A stretch of DNA of 40,016 nt from Bizionia sp. (GTDB lineage: Bacteria > Bacteroidota > Bacteroidia > Flavobacteriales > Flavobacteriaceae), in contig JAGPVI010000314.1 of assembly GCA_018067115.1 (NCBI GenBank), forward strand, positions 1 through 40,016, given 5' to 3'. Shown piece after piece: positions 9,100 to 17,232 of this stretch. A program made the translations under genes and the position numbers. Positions within the stretch are counted from its first letter, which is position 1. Each line of letters opens with the position of its first letter. The notes under the pieces were generated by a model that had not been told where the DNA came from, searched no databases, and saw only the letters and a list, made by a program, of their open reading frames with translations.

Positions 9100-11403
9100 T
9101 TACAAGGATTTAATTTTAATTCCCGCAAAAACAGAGCGCGGTGCCCCTGGACCGTAGACATAATTGCTGTCTCGGTTTTTTCCAAAATCGAAATCGTTTT
9201 GATAACTATTAGTAACATTTTTTAGACCGCCATAAAGTTCTAGGCTCGTACCTACCTTATTTAGATTAAAGGTGTAACCAGTACGTAAACTAAGTTCTGT
9301 AAATGTTGGCGTTTTATAGTATTCGTCAATATTTTGCCCGGTATTTTCTCCTGCTACGTGAACAATGTCCATTGTGCCAGTATATATTAGGTTTGCACTA
9401 GCGCTAAATTTTTTGGTTGGGGTGTAAGCAAAAGTGGCGTAACCATAATTATTAGGTGTTCTTAAAAAGTTTTTTTTGGCTTCAAGACCTTCACTGTTTT
9501 CTACGGCATCGCTAAATTCGCTAGATTGCACTGTAAATCCTGCTTCCACCTCAAAAAGGTAATCGAAATTTGCTCGTGTTTCTAAAGTTATACCTTTTAC
9601 TGTGGCTCCGTTACCGTTTCTTTTCTCAAAACGGTCGCCAAAACTATCCGATCCAATGGGTGCCAAATAGAAGGCGTTATTTAGATGGGTGTAAAATCCT
9701 TCAATCGTAAAACCAGTAATAAAATGTTCGGTCGCTTTATCGTAATTTACAGAGGCTGTAAAGCTATTTGAACGTTCTTCAATTAAATTGTCATCTAAAC
9801 TAATTCTTGAAATCCCTCCGCCGGCGAAAGCAATATGTAAATCGGTATCAAAGGCTTGTGGTGCACGGAAACCTGTTCCCCAACCCACACGAAATTGAGT
9901 TGTTTCTTTCAATTTATAAAGAATAGACAATCGTGGACTAAATACGGTGTGGTCTACTAAATTGTGTTTGTCGAGCCTAAAGCCGGATAAAAAGTTAATT
10001 TTTTCGGTAATTTCCCAATCATTTTGTACAAATGCACCAACGTTTTTTGTGGTTTGGTCTATTAAATAATTATAGGTGTTTATCTCGTCTAAAACAGTAT
10101 CGTAAACGTATTCTAAACCTCCTGTAAGTACTGTGCTTCCGCCTAAAAAATCATTAATGCGATGATTGTATTGCGTGCCTCCTTGATGCGTTAATACCTC
10201 TGAAATTCCGTAAGGTGGGGCTGCATAAAATTCTTGTTGTTCTATCGCGTCATCTGGGATAATACCTGTGTAATGATCGCGATCGGTTTTTTGTCCGCCA
10301 TAATAGATAATTAAAGAACTTTTGTCGTCGTTAAAATTAATCTGGTAATCTAAACTAGCCATTAGAACGTGGTGGTCGCGTTCTTCAGATTGTTGCGCTA
10401 AATGCGCAGGCTTATCTATTATTTCTCCGCCATATCGGTGTTCGAAAAGACTACTTAAGCTCAATTCTAATTTTGAATTTTCTGTTGGTAAATAAAAAGC
10501 ATTCATCCCAAAAGAGTTTCCTCTTAATTCTGGTAATTCAGAAAAATTATCTCCGTTTGCATCATACGCTGAACGTTTTCTGTTGCTTACAAAAAAATTG
10601 GCCCCAGCATTATAATCGTCACTTACAACGGTGGCATTACCGGTAATTGAACTTTGGGTTGCGTCGCCGTCTATACTTTCGTAGTTGTAATTTACACTGT
10701 AATCATTAGATTTTGGTATTTTAGTGATAACGTTTACGGTACCGCCAATAGCGCTAGAACCGTATAAAGCAGAGACACCACCACGGACGACTTCTATGCG
10801 CTCAATCATATTCACAGGGATTTGCTCTAAGCCGTATAGACCTGTTAACGGACTAAATATAGACCGCCCGTTGATTAGTATTTGTGAGTACCCACCTTGT
10901 AAACCATTCATCCTAATTTGTGTGTAATTACATGTCTGGCAGTCGGTTTCTACACGAAGTCCAGGTTGAAAACGTAGCCCTTGAGAGAGATCGGTAGCGC
11001 TTACTTGTTCTAAAGTTTTGCTATTAATTAAATTAACAATCACTGGAGAGTCGGTTTTACGTTTTTTTGTACGTGTCCCGGTTACCACAACTTCGTCTAA
11101 ATCGTTGTTTTCAATTAAGTCGAAAACTATATTCACATCCTTATTCGTAATTTTTAGTTGCTTTCTCATTGTTCTATAGCCTACAAAAGAGGCTACTAAA
11201 GTGTAGGTTCCTGGGGTTACCCTATTTAAGCTAAATGCACCAACGTTGTTTGTTGTACTTCCTTTACTCGTGTTTTCTAAATAGGCATTTGCGGACACTA
11301 GTGGTTGGTTATCTGAATTAATTACGCCGCTTATCTTATAGTGCTCCTGTGCTTGTATTGCAAAGGGCATAAATGTAAATAGCAATATGGAAATTAGCCT
11401 CAT
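9100..11403 (-). CDS. TonB-dependent outer-membrane receptor with CxxC-containing plug
   Basis: Signal peptide ending AIQA|Q; N-terminal carboxypeptidase-regulatory-like domain; LDEVVVTGT TonB box; plug motifs ETDCQTCN and IERIEVVRGGVSALYGSSAIGGTVNVITK. Confidence 0.93.
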   Translation of the reverse strand: MRLISILLFTFMPFAIQAQEHYKISGVINSDNQPLVSANAYLENTSKGSTTNNVGAFSLNRVTPGTYTLVASFVGYRTMRKQLKITNKDVNIVFDLIENNDLDEVVVTGTRTKKRKTDSPVIVNLINSKTLEQVSATDLSQGLRFQPGLRVETDCQTCNYTQIRMNGLQGGYSQILINGRSIFSPLTGLYGLEQIPVNMIERIEVVRGGVSALYGSSAIGGTVNVITKIPKSNDYSVNYNYESIDGDATQSSITGNATVVSDDYNAGANFFVSNRKRSAYDANGDNFSELPELRGNSFGMNAFYLPTENSKLELSLSSLFEHRYGGEIIDKPAHLAQQSEERDHHVLMASLDYQINFNDDKSSLIIYYGGQKTDRDHYTGIIPDDAIEQQEFYAAPPYGISEVLTHQGGTQYNHRINDFLGGSTVLTGGLEYVYDTVLDEINTYNYLIDQTTKNVGAFVQNDWEITEKINFLSGFRLDKHNLVDHTVFSPRLSILYKLKETTQFRVGWGTGFRAPQAFDTDLHIAFAGGGISRISLDDNLIEERSNSFTASVNYDKATEHFITGFTIEGFYTHLNNAFYLAPIGSDSFGDRFEKRNGNGATVKGITLETRANFDYLFEVEAGFTVQSSEFSDAVENSEGLEAKKNFLRTPNNYGYATFAYTPTKKFSASANLIYTGTMDIVHVAGENTGQNIDEYYKTPTFTELSLRTGYTFNLNKVGTSLELYGGLKNVTNSYQNDFDFGKNRDSNYVYGPGAPRSVFAGIKIKSL

Positions 11404-11420
11404 AATAAAATTATTTTCTG

Positions 11421-11484
11421 CAAATGTAAACTAATTTTTAGATAAGTCTAAATTTACATTTAGATTTTTATATGTGTATATTTG
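11421..11484. promoter_or_regulatory. Divergent promoters with a central DtxR/MntR-type operator
   Basis: TACATTTG (minus, 11421-11428) and TATATTTG (plus, 11477-11484) flank the palindrome TTTAGA-taag-TCTAAA (11437-11452). Confidence 0.7.
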
Positions 11485-11501
11485 TAAATCACATTGCAGC
11501 T

Positions 11502-12158
11502 ATGATAACATTAACAGAAGAAAACTATATTAAAGCTATTTATCATTTGGGTAAATATGGTAGGGAAATGGTAAATACCAATTCTATAGCCGAAGCTCTA
11601 GACACAAAGGCGTCGTCTGTGACGGATATGGTTAAAAAGCTTGCTGAGAAAGAATACCTTAATTATAAAAAATATCAAGGTGTTATTTTAACGGAAAAAG
11701 GGAAGGGTATTGCTGTAAATATTGTGAGAAAACACAGATTATGGGAAGTATTTTTAGTGGAAAAGTTAAATTTTACTTGGGATGAGGTGCATGAAGTAGC
11801 CGAGCATTTGGAGCATATTCGTTCTGAAAAATTGATTAATGAGTTGGATGCTTTTCTAGAGTTCCCATCTTACGATCCGCATGGGGATCCTATTCCTGAT
11901 AAAAATGGAAAATTTATAAATATTGATAAAATAGCGTTATCACATTCTGAAATTGGTAATGTCTATACTTGTGTTGGGGTTAAAGATACCTCGTCACATT
12001 TTTTGAAATACTTAGATAGTAACAAGATTGGATTAGGTACTGTTATTGAAGTACTGCATAAAGAACCATTTGATAATTCTGTTAAAATTAAATTTAATAC
12101 TACCGAAATGGTCGTGTCGCAAAACGTTGCTAAAAATTTATTTTTAAAAACAGTATAA
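11502..12158 (+). CDS. mntR: DtxR/MntR family metal-dependent transcriptional repressor (start revised to ATG 11502)
   Basis: TEENYIKAIY, SSVTDMVKKL, LTEKG, RKHRLWEVFL, HEVAEHLEH and DPHGDPIP motifs, plus a C-terminal FeoA/SH3-like domain. The -7 promoter element lies inside the longer ORF call, favouring the second Met. Confidence 0.93.
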   Translation: MITLTEENYIKAIYHLGKYGREMVNTNSIAEALDTKASSVTDMVKKLAEKEYLNYKKYQGVILTEKGKGIAVNIVRKHRLWEVFLVEKLNFTWDEVHEVAEHLEHIRSEKLINELDAFLEFPSYDPHGDPIPDKNGKFINIDKIALSHSEIGNVYTCVGVKDTSSHFLKYLDSNKIGLGTVIEVLHKEPFDNSVKIKFNTTEMVVSQNVAKNLFLKTV

Positions 12159-12172
12159 AATAGAATACCGCT

Positions 12173-12598
12173 ATGAAACCACTAATTTTTGTTTTTACCC
12201 TATTGTTTTCTGTCGGACTTTTTGCTCAAGACACGAGTATAGAGCCTGTAAAAACCCCGAGAATTATTACGAAATTACCAATAGAAAAAACGGCAACTGT
12301 AAACGGGGTTGCTATAAAATTTCTTAGTGTAGTTTCCGATTCACGATGTCCCAAAAATGTGAATTGTATTTGGGCTGGTGAAGTTATTGTTTTAGTTGAA
12401 GTACAACAGGAGGCTCAAGAAGCTATTGAAAAAACAATTACCATTGGTTTTAAAAGGAATCCAACGGGTAGCGAAACAGATATTATTTATAAAAATCAAT
12501 CCTTCACTATAAAAGCAATAAACGTCTCGCCATATCCAGAATATGGTATTGAGGTAAACGTTTCAGATTATGTTTTGCTTTTTGATGTAATGGAGTAG
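12173..12598 (+). CDS. Exported hypothetical protein with DSRCPxxxxCIWAG motif
   Basis: Signal peptide ending LFA|Q; DSRCPKNVNCIWAGE; starts 14 nt after the repressor stop. Confidence 0.75.
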   Translation: MKPLIFVFTLLFSVGLFAQDTSIEPVKTPRIITKLPIEKTATVNGVAIKFLSVVSDSRCPKNVNCIWAGEVIVLVEVQQEAQEAIEKTITIGFKRNPTGSETDIIYKNQSFTIKAINVSPYPEYGIEVNVSDYVLLFDVME

Positions 12599-12655
12599 TC
12601 AAGAGTTAATTTCGGACTTAACGCGAACTAAGAAAGGCTGAGTTATACAATAAGT

Positions 12656-13777
12656 ATGCATTATATAAGATTCTTTTTCTTATTTTTTTCAATGGTGGTC
12701 TATTCTCAGAATGTAGTGTACAACCCTAGTTTTGAAGATGCAAAGCGGTGTACAGAATTTGTGGGAAATTTTGATTCGTATGTGTCCTTTTGGTCTTCTC
12801 CAACACATGGGTCGCCAGATTTATTTAACTCTTGTTCTGAAAGAGAAACGGGCATTCCTTATAATTACAACGGATTTCAGGATACAATATTTGGAAGTAA
12901 ATATGCAGGTTGTTATTTATATACCGATGATAATTATCGTGAATACATTCAAGGCGAACTAATTAATTCTTTAGAAACAGGAGTAGAATATACGATGTCT
13001 ATTTATATTAGTTTAGCTGAAAACTCAGATTTTGCTATAAGAGATATTGGTTTCCTTATGGCTGCTGAAGAACTTAAACTCGCTGTTTCTAATGAGCTTT
13101 CTAAAAAAGTGTTAAAGAAGATGGGCGTCGAAGAGTATTCAATTTATAATTTTGATAACAGTGAGTATTACGATAATAAAACGGAATGGGTTCGACTTGA
13201 GAAAGATTTTTATGCCAACGGTTACGAGCAGTTTGTTACAATTGGAAACTTTAAAAAGAATTCAAAAACGGATAAACGGCTCGTAGTCGATAAGAGTAAA
13301 TTTGATATGGCTTATTATTACATCGATTTCATCAGCATTGAAAGAAAACAACTGGGTTTATTGAGCGTAGCAAATAAGAGTAATGTAGTATTACAAAAGG
13401 CAACTAAAAGCCCTAAAGAAATAGATTTAAACAAAGATTACGTATTTAAAAATGCCATTTTCGATTTTAATAGTTTCGAATTGTCGGAGCAGGCAAAATT
13501 AGAAATTGCAGAAGTATATCAGTATCTAAATAAAAATAATGGGACTAAAATTATAATTTCTGGGCATACAGATACTATTGGAACTTCTAATTATAATCAA
13601 GATCTTTCGGCTAAAAGGGCCTCTTCGGTTGCTGAGTTTTTTAGAACTTTAGGGTTGAGTAAAGAGAGGATATATTCTGTGGGATTCGGTGATTCTCTGC
13701 CGATTTCTACAGACGATTCACAAGAAGGTCGTTCTAGAAATAGAAGAGTAGAGTTTAAGATTGAACTAAGCAATTAA
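12656..13777 (+). CDS. OmpA-family protein (N-terminal beta-sandwich-like domain, C-terminal peptidoglycan-binding domain)
   Basis: Signal peptide VYS|Q then NVVYNPSFE; C-terminal FDFNS...IIISGHTD...YNQDLSAKRA...GFG...NRRVEF. Confidence 0.88.
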   Translation: MHYIRFFFLFFSMVVYSQNVVYNPSFEDAKRCTEFVGNFDSYVSFWSSPTHGSPDLFNSCSERETGIPYNYNGFQDTIFGSKYAGCYLYTDDNYREYIQGELINSLETGVEYTMSIYISLAENSDFAIRDIGFLMAAEELKLAVSNELSKKVLKKMGVEEYSIYNFDNSEYYDNKTEWVRLEKDFYANGYEQFVTIGNFKKNSKTDKRLVVDKSKFDMAYYYIDFISIERKQLGLLSVANKSNVVLQKATKSPKEIDLNKDYVFKNAIFDFNSFELSEQAKLEIAEVYQYLNKNNGTKIIISGHTDTIGTSNYNQDLSAKRASSVAEFFRTLGLSKERIYSVGFGDSLPISTDDSQEGRSRNRRVEFKIELSN

Positions 13778-13810
13778 GCTTACCTCATTTGTTTAGTAAA
13801 CAGTTTATAT

Positions 13811-13942
13811 TTAATGGCAACCACAATCATTTGTGCCACACGCTTTTTTCGATTTCTTTTTCCAAAAAAATTTCTTAATTAAAAAAGCAAGTGCTAAAGC
13901 TAAGATGCTAAAAGCGAGTATGTTTTGAATTAGTGTGTTCAT
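13811..13942 (-). CDS. FeoB-associated Cys-rich small membrane protein, 43 aa (absent from the ORF track)
   Basis: Hand translation gives MNTLIQNILAFSILALALAFLIKKFFWKKKSKKACGTNDCGCH*: one TM helix, a Lys run and a CxxxxCxCH tail, directly downstream of feoB. Confidence 0.85.
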   Translation of the reverse strand: MNTLIQNILAFSILALALAFLIKKFFWKKKSKKACGTNDCGCH

Positions 13943-13961
13943 AAAAGTATTTAGTTTACTC

Positions 13962-13979
13962 TACGACTAGTTAGTCGTA
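13962..13979. other. Short hairpin between feoB and the Cys-rich ORF
   Basis: TACGACTA-gt-TAGTCGTA perfect inverted repeat without a clear U-tract. Confidence 0.4.
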
Positions 13980-13991
13980 CGTATTACAAAA

Positions 13992-16091
13992 TCATTTCAG
14001 TAATTGGTAAGCTATTAATGCGACCACGTATGCAAACCCAGTCATTGTTACTAATTGTAGTATTGGCCATTTCCAGCTGTTTGTCTCTCGTTTTACTACA
14101 GCTAAAGTTCCCATACATTGCATAGCAAAAGCATAAAATAAAAGCAGAGATATACCAGACGCGAAATTAAATAAAGGACCACCAAGAATAGGGTTTACCT
14201 CGCCAGCCATTCTGTTTTTTATGGTGTCTTCATCGTCATTACCAACACTATAAATAGTGGCTAAAGTTCCTACAAAAACCTCACGGGCAGCAAACGAACT
14301 TATTAAGGCTATACCAATTTTCCAATCGTATCCTAAAGGTCTAATCGCAGGTTCTATGGCGCGACCGGTAATACCAATAAACGAATGTTCTAATTTATAT
14401 GACCCAATTTTTTGTTGCAGCTCATTTTCTGTTAAGTTTTGAGAAACATAGTCTTTAGTTACTATTTCTTCAGCGTTATTAAAGTCTTCTCCAGGGCCAT
14501 AAGACGCTAAAAACCATAATACAATAGAGATGGCTAGAATTATTTTACCAGCACCAAACACAAACGATTTCGTTTTTTCAATAACGGTTAAGGCTACATT
14601 TTTAAAGAGCGGTAATTTGTAATTAGGCATTTCTACTACAAAAAACGTTTTACTTTTTATTTTTAGAATTTTATCTAAAATATAAGCTGAAATAATTGCT
14701 GCCGCAAAACCTAAAAGGTAAAGTAACATTAATGTCATCGCTTGGTAGCTTAAACCAAAGAAACGATCTTCTGGAATGACTAGAGAAATAATTATTAGAT
14801 ATACTGGCAAACGAGCCGAACATGTCGTGAATGGCGTTACTAAAATTGTAATTAAACGTTCTTTCCAGCTTTCTATATTTCTAGTTGCCATTATTGCAGG
14901 AATAGCACAAGCGGTACCAGAAATTAAGGGTACAACACTTTTACCACTAAGACCAAAACGTCTCATTATTCGGTCCATTAAAAAGACTACGCGACTCATA
15001 TAGCCACTTTCTTCAAGAATGGCGATAAACAGGAATAGAAACGCTATTTGCGGAATAAATATAACAATACCTCCTAAACCAGGTATAATACCTTCGGCAA
15101 TTAAATTTGTAAGTGCGCCGTCGGGCATTGCGTTTTTAACCCACTCGCTCAACGAGGCAAACGAGCTATCTATAAAATCCATTGGTACGCTAGACCAGTC
15201 GTAAATGGCTTGAAAAATAGTTAAAAGGATAAGCATAAAAATAACGTAACCCCAAACTTTATGCGTTAACACACGGTCTAATCGCGAACGTAAATCTTTG
15301 GCCTGAGAAACATCAATTGTTTGTCCTTTTTTTAAGGCGTTATTTATAAACTGATAGCGTTTAATTGTTTCTTTTTGCTGAAGGCGTTTAAGATCGGCTT
15401 CAGATTTTGTTTTAAAACCATTTATAGCTTCAATTTCTTGTCTATTGGTTTTTCCGAAGTTAACATCTTGCGTAATAACTAGCCATAACTTATAAAGTAG
15501 TTGGTTAGGGAACGCTTTTCGGAGTTTATTAAAGTAGTCTGTATCTATTTCCGAAGCATTTAAGCAGGGCTCGGTAGATAAGTCTTTATAATTACTTATT
15601 AATTGCTTTAAATTTTCAATACCTTCTTTTTTTCGAGTACTTATTAAAGCTATTTTGGTGTTGAGTTGTTCTTCTAAATAGGCAATATCTAACGAAATAC
15701 CTTTGTATTTCATTCTATCGGCCATATTAATAACCAATAACGACGGGATTTCTAGATCTTTAATTTGAGTAAAAAGAAGCAGGTTTCGTTTTAAATTTTC
15801 AACATCACTAACTACAACAGCAACATCTGGGAAATCTTTATCGTTTTTGTTTAAAAGCAGTTCTATAACCACATTTTCATCCAATGAAGAGGCATTTAAA
15901 CTATAGGTTCCTGGTAAATCTATAATGTGTGCTTTTACGCCGCGAGGAAGTTTACAGATTCCTTCTTTTTTTTCGACTGTAATACCTGGGTAATTTCCTA
16001 CTTTTTGGTTTAAACCGGTTAATGCATTAAAAACAGAGGTTTTACCTGTATTTGGGTTTCCTATTAAAGCGACATTTAACTGCTTACTCAT
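13992..16091 (-). CDS. feoB: Ferrous iron transport protein B
   Basis: GNPNTGKT (G1), VGNYPGITVE, DLPGTYSL (G3), NMAD (G4); LEESGYMSR, CSARLPVY, FAAREVFV gate motifs. Confidence 0.97.
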   Translation of the reverse strand: MSKQLNVALIGNPNTGKTSVFNALTGLNQKVGNYPGITVEKKEGICKLPRGVKAHIIDLPGTYSLNASSLDENVVIELLLNKNDKDFPDVAVVVSDVENLKRNLLLFTQIKDLEIPSLLVINMADRMKYKGISLDIAYLEEQLNTKIALISTRKKEGIENLKQLISNYKDLSTEPCLNASEIDTDYFNKLRKAFPNQLLYKLWLVITQDVNFGKTNRQEIEAINGFKTKSEADLKRLQQKETIKRYQFINNALKKGQTIDVSQAKDLRSRLDRVLTHKVWGYVIFMLILLTIFQAIYDWSSVPMDFIDSSFASLSEWVKNAMPDGALTNLIAEGIIPGLGGIVIFIPQIAFLFLFIAILEESGYMSRVVFLMDRIMRRFGLSGKSVVPLISGTACAIPAIMATRNIESWKERLITILVTPFTTCSARLPVYLIIISLVIPEDRFFGLSYQAMTLMLLYLLGFAAAIISAYILDKILKIKSKTFFVVEMPNYKLPLFKNVALTVIEKTKSFVFGAGKIILAISIVLWFLASYGPGEDFNNAEEIVTKDYVSQNLTENELQQKIGSYKLEHSFIGITGRAIEPAIRPLGYDWKIGIALISSFAAREVFVGTLATIYSVGNDDEDTIKNRMAGEVNPILGGPLFNFASGISLLLFYAFAMQCMGTLAVVKRETNSWKWPILQLVTMTGFAYVVALIAYQLLK

Positions 16092-16321
16092 TAATCTATT
16101 TTTTCAATTAATATATGCATGGCAGTTTCTTTTCTAATTGCCAAGTGGCTACCATTTATATTTAAATACATAGGGTCTGCAAAAGGAGCAACCTGAACAA
16201 GCATAACATCGTTGCCCGGTAAACAGCCCATTTCTAGCAGTTTTAATGGTATATGAATAGATGAGACATCGATTATAATGGCTCTTTCTCCGCGTTTAAG
16301 ATGTGCTAATGTTAGTTGCAA
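16091..16321 (-). CDS. feoA: Ferrous iron transport protein A
   Basis: LAHLKRGERA...KLLEMGCLPG...APFADP...LAIRK; its stop overlaps the feoB ATG; TTG start. Confidence 0.92.
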   Translation of the reverse strand: MQLTLAHLKRGERAIIIDVSSIHIPLKLLEMGCLPGNDVMLVQVAPFADPMYLNINGSHLAIRKETAMHILIEKID

Positions 16322-16355
16322 GCTTATTTAGATTGATTTTAAAGAAGCAAAAGTA
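16322..16355 (-). promoter_or_regulatory. feoAB promoter -7 element followed by a palindromic operator
   Basis: TACTTTTG on the minus strand (16348-16355) next to GCTTATTTAGA-N5-TTTAAAGAAGC (9/11 inverted-repeat match). Confidence 0.6.
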
Positions 16356-16396
16356 GGTGAAATAAGTATGTGAAAAAAATTGTAGCTTAAAAAGTG

Positions 16397-17068
16397 TTAT
16401 TTATATTCTCTTTTTAACGTTTCTATATCATTTATTAACTCAGAAATAGCTTCTGGGTCGGTGCCATCATAAAAGCCACGGATTTGACGCTTTTTATCTA
16501 TAAGCATAAAGTTTTCGGTATGAATCATATCGTACTTATCGCCATTACCATCGGTTTTCACAGCTAAATAACTTTTTCTAGCGAGTTCGTAAATTTGCTT
16601 TTTATCTCCGGTAACAAGATTCCACTTCGCGTCATTAACACCTTTACGTAAGGCATATTTTTTTAACTGTGCAACGCTATCAATTACTGGAGTTACAGTG
16701 TGTGAAAGCAGCATAACTTCGTTGTCATCAACAATTTCTTTCTGAATTTCGCGCATATGATCTGTCATTATCGGACAAATCGTCTGACACGTTGTAAAGA
16801 AGAAATCGGCAACGTATATTTTATCTTTATAATCGTCCTGGGTAATGGTTCTTCCGTTTTGGTTTATAAGGCTGAAATCGGCGATTTTATGATATTTTCT
16901 TATGTACTGAATAGTACTATCTACTAAGGTTGTGTCTACTTGGCTTGGTTGATAAATAGGAAGTGGTTTTTCGACATTTAAGACAGAATATATAATGCCA
17001 ATAAGCACCAAACATAGAATTGAGAAACCGATCGCGAACTTTTTGTAACCCTTAAAAAAATCTAACAT
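16397..17068 (-). CDS. SCO1/SenC family copper chaperone (start revised to ATG 17068)
   Basis: FFFTTCQTICP (CxxxC), WNLVTG, MIHTENFMLID and N-terminal TM. A TATTTTTG -7 element at 17093-17100 lies inside the longer ORF call. Confidence 0.92.
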   Translation of the reverse strand: MLDFFKGYKKFAIGFSILCLVLIGIIYSVLNVEKPLPIYQPSQVDTTLVDSTIQYIRKYHKIADFSLINQNGRTITQDDYKDKIYVADFFFTTCQTICPIMTDHMREIQKEIVDDNEVMLLSHTVTPVIDSVAQLKKYALRKGVNDAKWNLVTGDKKQIYELARKSYLAVKTDGNGDKYDMIHTENFMLIDKKRQIRGFYDGTDPEAISELINDIETLKREYK

Positions 17069-17173
17069 TTTAAAACGTTCTGAAGTGAACCGCAAAAATA
17101 CGATGAAAAAGGAAGTCTTCATACTATTTTGGCTTATAAATTGCTATATGATAAAGCAAAGTAATAATCGCTT

Positions 17174-17202
17174 TTTATACTAAGTCTAAATACTTACTTT
17201 TG
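17174..17202 (+). promoter_or_regulatory. rseP promoter -7 element with adjacent palindrome
   Basis: TACTTTTG at 17195-17202, preceded by TTTATA-ctaag-TCTAAA (17174-17190). Confidence 0.5.
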
Positions 17203-17232
17203 GGCGTTATAAAAATGAATATATAAGAATAC

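Noticed and set aside
9099-9218. Apparent 119-nt overlap of thioredoxin and TonB receptor
   Set aside because: Artefact of longest-ORF calling; an in-frame TTG at 9098 gives a proper signal peptide
3157-10927. Short ORFs 3157-3351, 3666-3860, 4696-5076, 6083-6325, 6494-6814, 6912-7100, 8300-8569 and 10724-10927
   Set aside because: All lie antisense to, and within or almost wholly within, well-supported genes and show no motifs; typical shadow ORFs
11404-11501. Mn-sensing yybP-ykoY or other riboswitch ahead of the metal uptake genes
   Set aside because: The spacer is under 100 nt, very AT-rich, and already accounted for by two promoters and an operator
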